From an uncultured Acidobacteriaceae bacterium (lineage in GTDB: Bacteria; Acidobacteriota; Terriglobia; Terriglobales; Acidobacteriaceae), in contig CAWBMI010000002.1 in assembly GCA_963789875.1 (NCBI GenBank), positions 549,360 to 613,359 on the forward strand: a DNA stretch of 64,000 nucleotides. Direction: 5' to 3'. Under the pieces are notes generated by a model that did not search any database, had not been told where the DNA came from, and worked only from the letters and a program-made list of their open reading frames with translations. How positions within the stretch are numbered: position 1 is the first letter of the stretch; each line of letters begins with the position of its first letter. Below are positions 27,798 through 40,281 of this stretch, piece after piece. A program made the position numbers and the translations under genes.

Positions 27798-29246
27798 TTA
27801 CTCGACCGCATTGCGGGCAATTACTTCCTTGTACCACTCAGCACTGAGCTTCGGCGTGCGCACCTGAGTTCTGAAGTCTACAAAGTGAATGCCGAAGCGC
27901 TTGCTGTAGCCATCGGCCCACTCATAGTTATCCAGCAAACTCCAGAGAAAGTAGCCCTTGATTGGGTAACCCTCGGAAGCTGCGCGACAGAGATGAGTAA
28001 GATGATTGCGCAGATACATGACGCGATCGGTGTCTTCGATGCGGCCCGCCGGGGTTATTACATCGTCAGACGAGCAACCGTTTTCGGTGATGTAAAGAGC
28101 GGGTGGCTTCCAGATATCGCTGACATTTCGAACCGCCCAGTAAATCACTTCCGGACCGATGTATAACCAGTCCGACGCCATGCGCGGGTAAGACGAAGGC
28201 CGTTTCTCCAACACGTAGCCGGCGGGAGAAGAGTCCGCGCGAACATATTCTGGTGTGTACACATTGAGGCCCACGAAATCGAGCGGGCTACCGACGATTT
28301 TCATATCGCCGGCCTCTACCTTGGGAGCGTTGGCTCCTTCGCGCTGGAGATAGCCGTCGCTGTACTTACCTTCCATAACGGCGGTGAGAAATGGAGCGTT
28401 CTCCTCGCGTGTGGCGCGGCGCGCAGCCTCGATCTGCTCGTTATCTTCGATGACGGGAACGCAGACCACGGCGTTCTCGGCGAGACCGATCTGTGTTCCG
28501 GGCTTGGCGTTGGCGCGAATCGCCTGCACTGCCATACCATGGGCGAGAACGGCATGGTGGCGAATCTGATTGACCTGCGCATCGGGCAGCTTGAGACCGG
28601 GAGCGAACTTACCGGTTTTGTAGCCCAAGTCGGTGAAACATGTGAACTCATTGATGGTGAAGAAGTGGCTCACGCGGTCGGAAAGATTGCGCGACATATA
28701 GGCCGCGTAATCGGCGAAAGCTTTCGCAGTGTCGCGGGACTGCCAACCCCCGGGCAACGCCTGCGGCAAGTCCCAGTGAAAGAGAGTGATGTAGGGGGCG
28801 ATGTTGTTCTTGAGCAACTCGTCGACTACGCGCTGGTAATACGCGAGGCCTCTCTCGTTCGGTTGACCGGTGCCGTCGGGAAAAACGCGCGACCAGGAAA
28901 TCGAAAACCTATAGACCTTTACGCCCAAGTCCTTGAGCAGCCTTACGTCTTCTTTATAGCGATGATAGGAGTCATCGGCGACATCGCCGGTTTGCCCCTC
29001 GAAGGTTTTGCCGGGAGTGTGCGAAAAAGTATCCCAGACGGAGGGCTTACGCCCATCCTCCCGTGCCGCACCCTCGATTTGATAGGCGGCGGTGGCGCAG
29101 CCCCAGAGGAAATTAGGCGGGAATTGCAGCAAACTAGCCTTGGCCATTTCGGCGAATGCAATTCTTGGGAGCGCTGGGCTGGCCGCGACAGCCGCGGCGG
29201 CGGCAGCCAAGCTCTGTCCGAAACGACGACGGGTAAATTTAGTCAT
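27798..29246 (-). CDS. GH1 beta-glucosidase with twin-arginine signal
   Basis: The TAT signal is MTKFTRRRFGQSL...AFA. GH1 motifs are FLWGCATAAYQIEGA, TINEF (acid/base region) and YITENGCS (nucleophile). Confidence 0.93.
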   Translation of the reverse strand: MTKFTRRRFGQSLAAAAAAVAASPALPRIAFAEMAKASLLQFPPNFLWGCATAAYQIEGAAREDGRKPSVWDTFSHTPGKTFEGQTGDVADDSYHRYKEDVRLLKDLGVKVYRFSISWSRVFPDGTGQPNERGLAYYQRVVDELLKNNIAPYITLFHWDLPQALPGGWQSRDTAKAFADYAAYMSRNLSDRVSHFFTINEFTCFTDLGYKTGKFAPGLKLPDAQVNQIRHHAVLAHGMAVQAIRANAKPGTQIGLAENAVVCVPVIEDNEQIEAARRATREENAPFLTAVMEGKYSDGYLQREGANAPKVEAGDMKIVGSPLDFVGLNVYTPEYVRADSSPAGYVLEKRPSSYPRMASDWLYIGPEVIYWAVRNVSDIWKPPALYITENGCSSDDVITPAGRIEDTDRVMYLRNHLTHLCRAASEGYPIKGYFLWSLLDNYEWADGYSKRFGIHFVDFRTQVRTPKLSAEWYKEVIARNAVE

Positions 29247-29310
29247 GAGCGCAAACAGAGTATCACCAGAGGCGGTTGAAATGAAATTGTTCGAGCATGG
29301 CCCAAAGCGG

Positions 29311-30330
29311 TTACGCCCACAGTCGAGTTTCCTGGCGCAGCCGAGCGATGTCCCTCGCGGGCGCGCTGCCGAAAAAACGGCTGTATTCCCGGCTGAACTG
29401 AGAAGCGCTTAAATAGCCCACGCGCTGACTCGCGGTCGCCGCATCAGCCATGGTCGAGAGCATTAGACGCCTGGCCTCCTGTAGCCGCAGCACTTTTTGA
29501 TAGTGCAGCGGGCTCATCGAAGTAACGCATTTAAAGTGCTCGTGGAAAGAGGAAACGCTCATGTTCACCAGTTCGGCGAGAGCTTCGACTTTCATCGGCT
29601 GAGAAAAATTGGCGCGCAGCCAGGAAATGGCCTTGGCCACGCGGTGCACGCTGGATTCCGCAAAGCCCATCTGGGCAACGCGAACTCCAATGGGGCTGCG
29701 CAGCAGCCGGATCAGAATCTCGTCGATCACCAGCGGGGCGACTAGTTCCGCATCGCCAGGTTTTGCCAGACACTCCATCAATCTCGTGGCAGCGTTCATG
29801 ATGCTCACGTCGACGGGGGTGACGTACACAGCGGTTCTTTCCTGCGCGGAAGGCAGGCCGTTGGGATAGACCTTCAAGACCAACTCGGCGATGCGGCGTG
29901 CATCGAGATCGAGCTTGAGAGCGAGATACGGCTCGGAATGGCTTGCTCGCGTAACCTGCGAGGCGACAGGCAAGGCCACGGAGAACACGATCATGCGCGC
30001 GGCGTCGTATTCGTAGACCTCGTCACCGACGATGACGCTCTTCGCTCCCTGCGCGATGATGCACAAGGAAGGGACACGCAGAGCGTGCACACACTCTTTG
30101 TTCGTTCGTGAAAGCCGGCTGGCGTGCACTCCGGGGATGCGCGACTCAAAGCTGCCGTCGTGCGGGGCATAGGCCGCAAGCAACCGTGCCAGCGTGGAAC
30201 TATCTGGTTCGACCGCGGTCGAAGCCTTTGCCGGCCGCCACTCAAGTGCGGTTTTGCTGTTGGTCTTCACGTCGAGAATGCCTCTCTTGCGATTATGTTC
30301 ACACTTCTCCGGTCTGGGCGGAAAGAGCAA
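29311..30330 (-). CDS. AraC family transcriptional regulator (AraC_N ligand domain plus HTH_18)
   Basis: The C-terminal AraC HTH shows [34 protein letters not shown]...[18 protein letters not shown]. The likely true start is GTG 30270, since the ATG 30330 form overlaps the upstream gene by 32 nt. Confidence 0.85.
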   Translation of the reverse strand: MLFPPRPEKCEHNRKRGILDVKTNSKTALEWRPAKASTAVEPDSSTLARLLAAYAPHDGSFESRIPGVHASRLSRTNKECVHALRVPSLCIIAQGAKSVIVGDEVYEYDAARMIVFSVALPVASQVTRASHSEPYLALKLDLDARRIAELVLKVYPNGLPSAQERTAVYVTPVDVSIMNAATRLMECLAKPGDAELVAPLVIDEILIRLLRSPIGVRVAQMGFAESSVHRVAKAISWLRANFSQPMKVEALAELVNMSVSSFHEHFKCVTSMSPLHYQKVLRLQEARRLMLSTMADAATASQRVGYLSASQFSREYSRFFGSAPARDIARLRQETRLWA

Positions 30331-30676
30331 CGTCGAATCTTGAATAGTACTTCTTCACGTCGCCAGCACCGTACTTGGCGCGGAATTTCTCGACTACGGA
30401 CGCGACCTGTTTGGCGTCAGTCATCGGAACGGCTTTGACTTCAGCCTCTTCGCCGCGTACACCGACCCGCATCGTCGGGTTCTTGAGGACGTTTTTGTAC
30501 CACTGAGTCTCGGAGCCCTGCACCGGGAGCAGGTAGAGCTTGTCTTGCTCCAAAACAAACCATACCGGGTTCGAGATGGTGCGGCCCGACTTTCTGCCGG
30601 TCACACTGATCTTTATTTCCCGAGATTTGGATAGGCGGTCTTTCAGTGTGTCGTTCTGCTTCGGCTTCTTGGCCAT
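30299..30676 (-). CDS. DUF385 / deazaflavin-dependent nitroreductase-like (split beta-barrel) protein
   Basis: It has the motif [26 protein letters not shown]...[12 protein letters not shown] 30676 has a perfect SD (AAGGAGGGAGG) 2 nt upstream. The track ORF extends to 30718. Confidence 0.6.
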   Translation of the reverse strand: MAKKPKQNDTLKDRLSKSREIKISVTGRKSGRTISNPVWFVLEQDKLYLLPVQGSETQWYKNVLKNPTMRVGVRGEEAEVKAVPMTDAKQVASVVEKFRAKYGAGDVKKYYSRFDVALSAQTGEV

Positions 30677-30710
30677 GCCTCCCTCCTTGGTCGGCTCCTC
30701 GTTTTTCGCT

Positions 30711-31769
30711 TTACTCACTTTTTAGCGAAGCCATGTCGATGGAGAAGCGGTACTTCACATCGGACTTGAGCAGCCGTTGGTAGGCCTCGTTGACTTTCTG
30801 GATGGGGATGACCTCGACATCGGCGGTGATGTTGTGCTGGCCGCAGAAGTCGAGCATCTCCTGAGTTTCGGCGATGCCGCCGATGTTCGAGCCGGAAAAA
30901 TTGCGACGGCGCACGATCAGGCTGAAGGCGGCGACGCCCAGGGGCTTCGGCGGCGCGCCGACAATCGTAAGATTGCCGTCGCGGCGGAGCAGGTTGAGAT
31001 AGGCGTTAATGTCGTGATCCGCGGAAACGGCGTCGAGGATGAAGTCAAAGCTTTCGGCATGCTTCTGCACCTCGTCCGCATTGCGGGAGACGACGACTTC
31101 GTCCGCGCCGAGTCGGAGCGCGTCTTCCTTCTTGTTCGGTGAAGTGGTGAAGACAACCACGTGGGCTCCGAATGCGTGAGCAAACTTTACGCCCATGTGG
31201 CCGAGGCCGCCGAGCCCGATCACGCCAACTTTCTTGCCCCTGGCGACTCCCCAGCGGCGCATGGGCGAGTAGGTCGTAATTCCGGCGCAGAGCAGGGGCG
31301 CGGTACCGGCGAGATTCAAATTCGACGGCACGCGAAGAACAAATTTCTGATCGACGACAATGCTCTCGGAGTAGCCGCCGTAGGTTACGCCTCCGAGATG
31401 CTTGTCGGGAGAATTAAAAGTGAGAACCATATTCGGGCAGAAATTCTCAAAGCCCGCCCGGCACTCGGGACAAGTGCCGTCGGAGTCGACCATACAACCC
31501 ACCGCGGCGAGATCGCCAGATTTAAATTTGGTAACGGTTGAGCCAACTTTGGTCACGCGGCCGACGATTTCATGACCTGGAACAATTGGGTAGACGGTGG
31601 GCATGAATTCGCTCCACTCATTGCGAACCGAGTGCAGATCGGAGTGGCAGATGCCGCAGAACAGAATTTCGATCTGCACATCGTTCTCAGATGGGTCGCG
31701 CCGCGTGATGGTGGTCGAGGCCATCGGTGTGGTCGCACTCGCGGCAGAGCAGGCTTTCGCTTTAGACAT
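30711..31769 (-). CDS. zinc-dependent NAD(P) alcohol dehydrogenase (CAD/YahK-like)
   Basis: Motifs are GICHSDLH and GHEIVG, a structural-Zn Cys cluster (CMVDSDGTCPECRAGFENFC) and GLGGLGHMG (Rossmann). Confidence 0.9.
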   Translation of the reverse strand: MSKAKACSAASATTPMASTTITRRDPSENDVQIEILFCGICHSDLHSVRNEWSEFMPTVYPIVPGHEIVGRVTKVGSTVTKFKSGDLAAVGCMVDSDGTCPECRAGFENFCPNMVLTFNSPDKHLGGVTYGGYSESIVVDQKFVLRVPSNLNLAGTAPLLCAGITTYSPMRRWGVARGKKVGVIGLGGLGHMGVKFAHAFGAHVVVFTTSPNKKEDALRLGADEVVVSRNADEVQKHAESFDFILDAVSADHDINAYLNLLRRDGNLTIVGAPPKPLGVAAFSLIVRRRNFSGSNIGGIAETQEMLDFCGQHNITADVEVIPIQKVNEAYQRLLKSDVKYRFSIDMASLKSE

Positions 31770-31780
31770 GTTCTTACCTT

Positions 31781-33977
<2,197 letters not shown>

Positions 33978-33981
33978 CGAT

Positions 33982-35388
33982 TCACTCGTACCGCAACGCT
34001 TGCACGGGATCGAGGCGGGCGGCACGTCCGGCCGGATATAGACCAGCCGCAAGACTCACCAAGAAAGAGAAGAACAAAGCGAACCCCACCAGCCACCACG
34101 GGACCGACCAAAAATGCTCAGGCGGAAAAGACTGGCTCCTGAGATAAATATTCGTCCCCAGGTTGATGATCTGCCCGATCGCCCACCCCAGAGCTACTCC
34201 AAACACGCCGCCGAGAATGCCCATTGCGCCAGCCTCAGCAAAGAATAGGTTCTTGACGTCACTATCGCTGGCGCCGATGGCCTTCATGATGCCGATCTCG
34301 CGGCGACGCTCGAGGATCGCCATTACCAAAGTGTTCACAATTCCGATGAAGGCGACGGCGAGAGCGAGGCTGCCGAAGATACCGAGAAATACGTCCAGTA
34401 CCTTGAAGAACTGCTGAATGCTCTTGCTGGCATCGAGAATGGAGAATGTGTTGAAGCCCATTTTCTTGACGGCGTCTTCCACCATCTGCACCTGGCTTGG
34501 ATTCTTTACCCGGACGCTGAGGGAAGAATATACGGGCTGGTCGCTGGCGACGCGGGCAATTTCGCGCAGGTCGGTGGGCTGCATCACGTGCAGGCTCTCG
34601 GCGAGTTTGAGGGGAAGAAAGACCCGCGCTCGAGTCGGGCCGCGCATGCTTTCGGGATCGAGATCGGCAACCCCGACAATTGTTAGCTTCTGCTCGCGGG
34701 AGATCACCGAGTAGGCCGCGCCCGCTAAACTCTGATCGCTCGAGGCCGGCTCGGGTTTTGGCGCCATGGGCACGGTTGGTGCGGCCTCGCGCTGAGCGTA
34801 GCGCATGGTTAATTCTTTGCCGAGAAGCGGGGCGGCGAGTTCCTTTACGTTGGTTTCATCGACCCCGGATTTTGGAGTCTTCCCCAACAGCTCTTCGGCG
34901 AAGGTTTTTTGGATCACCACTTCGGGCGCAGTGTCAGAGGAGAAAAAATGTCCTTGCAAAGCGTCGAAGGCGTCGTTCGATTTCGCGGACGCGGCCAGCG
35001 CCGCGACCATCGTCAAATGGGGCTTGTCTTCATAGCGCAATTCGGTGATGAAGCGAATATCGGGATAGGCCTCGACCACATTTGGCAGATGTTGGATTTC
35101 ATGTAGCGCGGCCTGATCGAGGATGCGGCTTTCGCCCGGAGCCGGGGCGTTGCGTTCTTCATCGCGGCCAAAGTTGCGGAGGTCGCGTCGGGAAGAAACC
35201 ACGACCGTGTCGAATAATCCGGACTTCATCAGGCGGCGCGAGGCGAGCTGTTGCAATCCGATGCCGAGTGAAAGCATGGCGACCAGAGAGGCGACGCCGA
35301 CGGAGATGCCGATTGTGGTCAGCGAATTTCGCAGAACGGATTCGCGGAGATTGCGCAACGCGAGTTCGGTGAGATCGGGAAGCTTCAT
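33982..35388 (-). CDS. ABC transporter permease, MacB/FtsX-like
   Basis: 468 aa with an N-terminal TM, a large periplasmic domain and a C-terminal FtsX 3-TM module (REIGIMKAIGAS...). It overlaps the upstream ATPase gene by 4 nt. Confidence 0.85.
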   Translation of the reverse strand: MKLPDLTELALRNLRESVLRNSLTTIGISVGVASLVAMLSLGIGLQQLASRRLMKSGLFDTVVVSSRRDLRNFGRDEERNAPAPGESRILDQAALHEIQHLPNVVEAYPDIRFITELRYEDKPHLTMVAALAASAKSNDAFDALQGHFFSSDTAPEVVIQKTFAEELLGKTPKSGVDETNVKELAAPLLGKELTMRYAQREAAPTVPMAPKPEPASSDQSLAGAAYSVISREQKLTIVGVADLDPESMRGPTRARVFLPLKLAESLHVMQPTDLREIARVASDQPVYSSLSVRVKNPSQVQMVEDAVKKMGFNTFSILDASKSIQQFFKVLDVFLGIFGSLALAVAFIGIVNTLVMAILERRREIGIMKAIGASDSDVKNLFFAEAGAMGILGGVFGVALGWAIGQIINLGTNIYLRSQSFPPEHFWSVPWWLVGFALFFSFLVSLAAGLYPAGRAARLDPVQALRYE

Positions 35389-36182
35389 CGACGCAGTTCC
35401 TCCGCTCTTAGCGGGGCTTCCGTGGTACGCGGCAAGTTGCTCTCGTCGCCAGCGAGCTTACCGTCGGCCAGAAAGATCAGGCGCTGAGCATAACGCTCGG
35501 CTAAGGCGCGCTCGTGGGTCACCATCACGACGGTCATGCCTAATTGCTGGTTGAAGTCACGAACCATATTCATGATTTCGGTACCGGTGCGGCTGTCGAG
35601 ATTGCCGGTGGGCTCGTCGGCAAGCAGGAGTTTGGGACGATTGATCAACGCACGAGCCAGCGCTGCGCGTTGTTGTTCGCCTCCGGAAAGCTCGCTGGGC
35701 CGATGACGCATGCGTGCCTGTAATCCGACGCGGGTCAAGGCTTCGCGGGCAAGGGCGTCGCGTTTGCTGCGATCGACTTCGGCAAAACGCATGGGCAGTT
35801 CAACATTTTCCGCGAGCGTCATGCTGGCGATCAAATTGAAAGACTGAAATACCATTCCGACGGTGTAGAGGCGATACCCCGCGAGTTCTTCGCGCGAAAG
35901 CTTCGCCAAATCGCGATCGTGAACGATTACGCTGCCTGATGTGGGGCTATCGAGGCCGGCGATGAGATTCAGCACTGAAGATTTTCCGGAGCCAGAGCTT
36001 CCCAAGAGAGCTACGAACTCGCCGGCGCGCACAGTAAGGTTGACGCCATCGACCGCGCGGATCACGTTATCGCCCATGCGGTAGTGGCGGCAGAGCTGTT
36101 CCGTGCGAATCGCGGCCACACCGCTTGCGGAGGAATCGACAGTTGCGACGTTGTTTTTCGGAACCCCGGCAATGTTGCTCAT
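35385..36182 (-). CDS. ABC transporter ATP-binding protein, MacB/LolD-like
   Basis: Motifs are Walker A GSSGSGKSS, signature LSGGEQQRAALARAL, Walker B LLLADEPTGNLD and the H-loop VTHE. Confidence 0.9.
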   Translation of the reverse strand: MSNIAGVPKNNVATVDSSASGVAAIRTEQLCRHYRMGDNVIRAVDGVNLTVRAGEFVALLGSSGSGKSSVLNLIAGLDSPTSGSVIVHDRDLAKLSREELAGYRLYTVGMVFQSFNLIASMTLAENVELPMRFAEVDRSKRDALAREALTRVGLQARMRHRPSELSGGEQQRAALARALINRPKLLLADEPTGNLDSRTGTEIMNMVRDFNQQLGMTVVMVTHERALAERYAQRLIFLADGKLAGDESNLPRTTEAPLRAEELRR

Positions 36183-36185
36183 CGG

Positions 36186-38234
36186 CTAGCGAACCTCTCC
36201 TCTGAGCACACGCATAGCGTCTCCGGCTTTGGCCTCGCTGTTGCGCGCCTGGTCAGAGTTGCCGTTGCCGCTGCCTTCGGTAGAGTCGCCCTCGCCCGGT
36301 GCGAGAAACATGTTTTCCTCCACTCCGTGCTGCCTAGTGTAAAGATCGTAGTAGCGGCCTTGCGCTACATAGAGTTGTTCGTGCGTACCGCGCTCGACGA
36401 TCTGTCCCTGTTCCATGACCAGAATCTGATCGGCGCGGCGAATGGTGGACAGCCGGTGCGCGATCACGAATGTCGTGCGGCCTTTCATAAGATAAGAAAG
36501 TCCTTGCTGGATCATCTGCTCCGATTCGGAGTCAAGGCTCGAAGTTGCCTCGTCGAGAATCAAGATTCGCGGCTCGGCGAGGATCGCGCGCGCAATTGAA
36601 ATTCGCTGGCGCTGCCCGCCGGAGAGCTTTACCCCGCGCTCTCCGACGACGGTGTCGTATTTGTCGGTAAACGACTCGGCAAATTCATCGACCCGCGCGA
36701 TGCGGCAGGCGCGCATGATTTCTTCTTCGCTTGCTTCAGGGCGGGAGAATGCAACGTTCTCGCGAATGCTCCCGTCGAAAAGAAAAGATTCCTGCAACAC
36801 GACGCCGAGACGGGTGCGGTAGGAGTCGAGGCGCACCGTGCTCAGGTCCGTGCCATCGACGAGAATTCGGCCTTTCGTGGGCACATAAAAGGCGGAGATC
36901 AGGCCGATGGTCGTCGACTTACCCGAGCCGGAAGAACCTACCAGAGCTGTCACCGTTCCAGGTTCGGCGCGGAAGGAAATGTCTCGCAGCACTTCGTGTA
37001 CCGCATCGTAGCTGAAACTTACATGATCGAACTCGATGCGGCCCACGATGTCGCGCAAAGCCACGGAGCGGTTGGGGTCCTGATCTTCGGGGCGCTCGCG
37101 CAGAAGTTCCTGCGTGCGCTCTAAGCCTGCCAGCGCTTCGGTAAGCTGAGTCCCGATACCAACGGCCTGCGCCATGGGTGCGATCAGAAATGCTAGCAGG
37201 GCGGTAAAAGAAACCAAGCCGCCGGTGGTCATCGTCCCTGCCATGATCTGGCGCGCGCCCACGAACGTGACCACCGCGCCGACGAATCCGAGGAGCACGC
37301 TGGCCGATAAGCTCATGACCGAGGTGGCGGTCAGAGTACGCATTACATTTTCGAGCAGGCGCTTGACTCCGCTGGCGAAGACGGCCTCCTCGCGCTCCTC
37401 GGCGTGATAGCCCTTGATCACGCGCACGCCGCCCAGACTTTCAGTGAGGCGGCCCGTGACTTCGGCGTTGATCTTGCCGCGCTCGCGAAAGATGGGGCGG
37501 ATGGTGCCGAAGGCTTTCGTCAGTGCGACAGAAAAACATAGTACGAATCCGAGCGCGATGAAAGTCATCGTCCCGCTGATTCGAACCAGAAGCACGAAAG
37601 CGATGGCCGAAGTGAGCAGGCCGCCGGTGAAATCGATCAGTCCCGTGCCCAGAAGATTGCGTACCCCTTCCACGTCGCTCATGATGCGAGACACCAGATT
37701 GCCCGTTTTGTTGACATCGTAGAACGCAACGGGAAGCCGGGAGACGTGCACTTGCACGCGCTGGCGCAATTCGGTGATCAGGCGTTGCGCGGCTTTCGAA
37801 AGCAACTGAGTGAGGAGGAACGAGGTGATTCCCTGAATCAGGGTTGCAGATAAAACGACCAACACCAGCCGGTTCAAAAGATGAAGCGAATGCTTGGGGA
37901 TGACGCCGTCGAACAAAAATTTTGTCGAATACGGCAGAACCAGGCTGGCGACGCGGTTGAAGACCATCAGCAGAAGACCGAGGCTGAGCAGGGCGAGGCG
38001 CGGACGCGTGAGTTCCCAAACAATCGGTAACACGGCCCGCAAGCGCTGTGCCTTGGCGGGCTTTTGAGACGCTTTGTCTGGTGGAACAGCTGGTGGAGTC
38101 AATCTCTTGTTGGACTCCGCCGGGGCGCATTTGGCTTCATTATTACTGCATTGTGACATGTTCCGGCCTTGCGTTGTATCCTCGGGGCGTGTCCCGTATA
38201 ACTGCGCCGGGGGGGTCATCAAAGCGTTCTCCAA
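36186..38234 (-). CDS. ABC exporter, fused permease/ATPase (MsbA-like type I exporter)
   Basis: It has a six-TM ABC_membrane domain, Walker A GSSGSGKST, signature LSGGQRQRISIARA and Walker B LILDEATSSLD. The start is uncertain (38234 or ATG 38159). Confidence 0.9.
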   Translation of the reverse strand: MENALMTPPAQLYGTRPEDTTQGRNMSQCSNNEAKCAPAESNKRLTPPAVPPDKASQKPAKAQRLRAVLPIVWELTRPRLALLSLGLLLMVFNRVASLVLPYSTKFLFDGVIPKHSLHLLNRLVLVVLSATLIQGITSFLLTQLLSKAAQRLITELRQRVQVHVSRLPVAFYDVNKTGNLVSRIMSDVEGVRNLLGTGLIDFTGGLLTSAIAFVLLVRISGTMTFIALGFVLCFSVALTKAFGTIRPIFRERGKINAEVTGRLTESLGGVRVIKGYHAEEREEAVFASGVKRLLENVMRTLTATSVMSLSASVLLGFVGAVVTFVGARQIMAGTMTTGGLVSFTALLAFLIAPMAQAVGIGTQLTEALAGLERTQELLRERPEDQDPNRSVALRDIVGRIEFDHVSFSYDAVHEVLRDISFRAEPGTVTALVGSSGSGKSTTIGLISAFYVPTKGRILVDGTDLSTVRLDSYRTRLGVVLQESFLFDGSIRENVAFSRPEASEEEIMRACRIARVDEFAESFTDKYDTVVGERGVKLSGGQRQRISIARAILAEPRILILDEATSSLDSESEQMIQQGLSYLMKGRTTFVIAHRLSTIRRADQILVMEQGQIVERGTHEQLYVAQGRYYDLYTRQHGVEENMFLAPGEGDSTEGSGNGNSDQARNSEAKAGDAMRVLRGEVR

Positions 38235-38236
38235 CT

Positions 38237-39556
38237 GTGGGCCTGCTGTTGGGTTTGCTAGTCACGCTGGCCGCGGTGGTTGCATATTCCGCTTACATCA
38301 CGTGGCAAGTGGCTGGGCTGCGCAAGCTGCAGTCAGAGTTGATCGATCGCAATCGTAAAGATTCGCTGCAGTTGCTGCGCATTCAAAACGATTTGAATCT
38401 GCTGGCGGTCGCGATGCGGGACATGATCGATAACGACGAACCTTATCCGCTCACCGCTTGGTCGGCGCAGTTCCAGCGCATTCACAACGATCTGGATGAT
38501 GCTATGCGACTGGAGGCCGCGCTCGCACCGACGAGCCGTACGGCGGAGCAGAGCGCTTCTTTGAGCAGCTCACTGACGCAATTCTGGGATGCCGTGGACC
38601 GGGTGTTTGCGCTGGCTGGTGCGGGAAACGAAAAAGACGCGCGCGCGCAGATACAGCTCTCGCTGCAGGCGCGACAGGCGGCGCTCAGCACGGCTGTGGC
38701 TCGGTTGCTGGTGCAGAACAGCGAGAACGAAGAGCAGGCGGCGCAGCACATCGTGGCGATTTACGATCGTGTGCAGCGGCAGGTTTATTTTTTTCTGGCG
38801 GCGACGCTCGCCGCTATTTTGCTGACCGGATTTTCCATGATCCGCTGGAACCGGCGGTTGTTCGCGCGCATGGAGGAACTTTCCGATCGGCGCAGCGAAC
38901 TGGCGCAGAAATTGATTGCCACGCAGGAATCGACCCTGCGCTATATTTCGCGCGAGCTGCATGATGAGTTCGGGCAGATTCTCACGGCTATGGGTGCGAT
39001 GCTCAGCCGCGCCGGCGCTCACGCTCCGCAGGGTTCGACTCTGAACTCGGATTTGCAGGAGGTCCGGCAGATTGCGCAGGAGACACTGGACCGCGTACGT
39101 AGCTTATCGCAGGCGCTGCATCCGGTGATGCTCGATGAAGCCGGGCTGGAGCGCACGCTGGACTGGTATATTCCGACCGTGGAGCGGCAGACGGGAGTTG
39201 CCATATCCTACGAGAAGCGGGGTGAGCCGTTCGCGTTGAATGGCAGCGCGGCGGTGCAGGTCTATCGCGTGCTGCAGGAGGCTCTGAACAATGTAGCGCG
39301 GCACTCGGGCGCGAAGCAGGCTTGGGTGCGATTGCGTTTCCTGGAGGCACATCTGGAGTTGGAGGTGGAAGATCATGGCGTCGGTTTTAACGGGCGACCG
39401 GCGCGGCAGGGCATTGGATTGGTGGCAATGCGCGAGCGTGTAGAGTTGATGGGCGGAAGCATCGCGTTTTCGATTCCCTCCGGTGGTGGTACTTTGCTAC
39501 ACCTACAAGTTCCGCGCGAGAAGGTTGAGATGCAGGAAGCTGAGAGCAATTCCTGA
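38237..39556 (+). CDS. sensor histidine kinase, HisKA_3 (NarX/LiaS-like)
   Basis: The H-box is ISRELHDEFGQILTA, and HATPase motifs are LQEALNNVARHS and GIGLVAMRERVELMGG. The probable start GTG 38237 gives N-terminal TM GLLLGLLVTLAAVVAY. The track ORF starts at 38048 inside the divergent gene. Confidence 0.85.
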   Translation: MGLLLGLLVTLAAVVAYSAYITWQVAGLRKLQSELIDRNRKDSLQLLRIQNDLNLLAVAMRDMIDNDEPYPLTAWSAQFQRIHNDLDDAMRLEAALAPTSRTAEQSASLSSSLTQFWDAVDRVFALAGAGNEKDARAQIQLSLQARQAALSTAVARLLVQNSENEEQAAQHIVAIYDRVQRQVYFFLAATLAAILLTGFSMIRWNRRLFARMEELSDRRSELAQKLIATQESTLRYISRELHDEFGQILTAMGAMLSRAGAHAPQGSTLNSDLQEVRQIAQETLDRVRSLSQALHPVMLDEAGLERTLDWYIPTVERQTGVAISYEKRGEPFALNGSAAVQVYRVLQEALNNVARHSGAKQAWVRLRFLEAHLELEVEDHGVGFNGRPARQGIGLVAMRERVELMGGSIAFSIPSGGGTLLHLQVPREKVEMQEAESNS

Positions 39557-39651
39557 GTTAAGATCCGGAGTTACGAGCAAGTCTAGGTGAGACAGTTTGG
39601 CGAGACAATTTTCAATCCGCGGATACAGACGGGAAGCGAGTAATAGTCACG

Positions 39652-40281
39652 ATGACGAAAAAGATCACGGTGCTTTTGGTTGACGATCACGGTTTGGTTC
39701 GGCGCGGCTTCCGGCGGATGCTGGAAGATGAAACGGATATGGAAGTAGTCGGCGAGGCGGGCGATGGCGAAGAGGCCGTCAAGCTGGCGAAGCAGTTGAA
39801 GCCGCAGGTTGTAGTGATGGACTGCGCCCTGCCTAAGATGAACGGCCTCGATGCCACGCGGCAGGTTCTCGCGGAGTCGCCGGAGACTGCGGTCCTGATG
39901 CTCAGCATGCACGCGGAGAGCACGTGGGTGCGGCAGGCGATTGAAGCTGGGGCCAAGGGATACATTTTGAAGAATGCGATGAATCTGGAATTGGGGCCAG
40001 CGGTGAGACGCGTCGCCGGCGGTGAGACCGTTTTCGATCCTCAAGTTGCGCAGTCCGAAATTCTCAAGGGAGAGCGCAGTAGCGGGCTGACGCCGCGCGA
40101 GTTGGAAGTCCTGCAGATGATTGTCGATGGCAAGTCGAACAAAGAAATCGCCACCTCGCTCGATCTCAGCGCGAATACGGTCGCGGTGCATCGCGCCAAC
40201 ATCATGAACGCGCTTGGCATTCATAAGACAGCGGAGTTGGTGGTCTACGCCATTCGCTCGGGGCTGGTAACCGTTCCGTGA
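39652..40281 (+). CDS. NarL/LuxR-family response regulator
   Basis: REC shows VLLVDDH...VVVMDCALPKMNG. The LuxR HTH shows LTPRELEVLQMIVDGKSNKEIATSLDLSANTVAVHRANIM. Confidence 0.92.
   Translation: MTKKITVLLVDDHGLVRRGFRRMLEDETDMEVVGEAGDGEEAVKLAKQLKPQVVVMDCALPKMNGLDATRQVLAESPETAVLMLSMHAESTWVRQAIEAGAKGYILKNAMNLELGPAVRRVAGGETVFDPQVAQSEILKGERSSGLTPRELEVLQMIVDGKSNKEIATSLDLSANTVAVHRANIMNALGIHKTAELVVYAIRSGLVTVP

Noticed and set aside
38048-38236. The long 5' extension of the HisKA_3 kinase ORF.
   Set aside because: It lies inside the divergent MsbA-like gene and encodes non-membrane junk. GTG 38237 starts exactly at the first TM helix.
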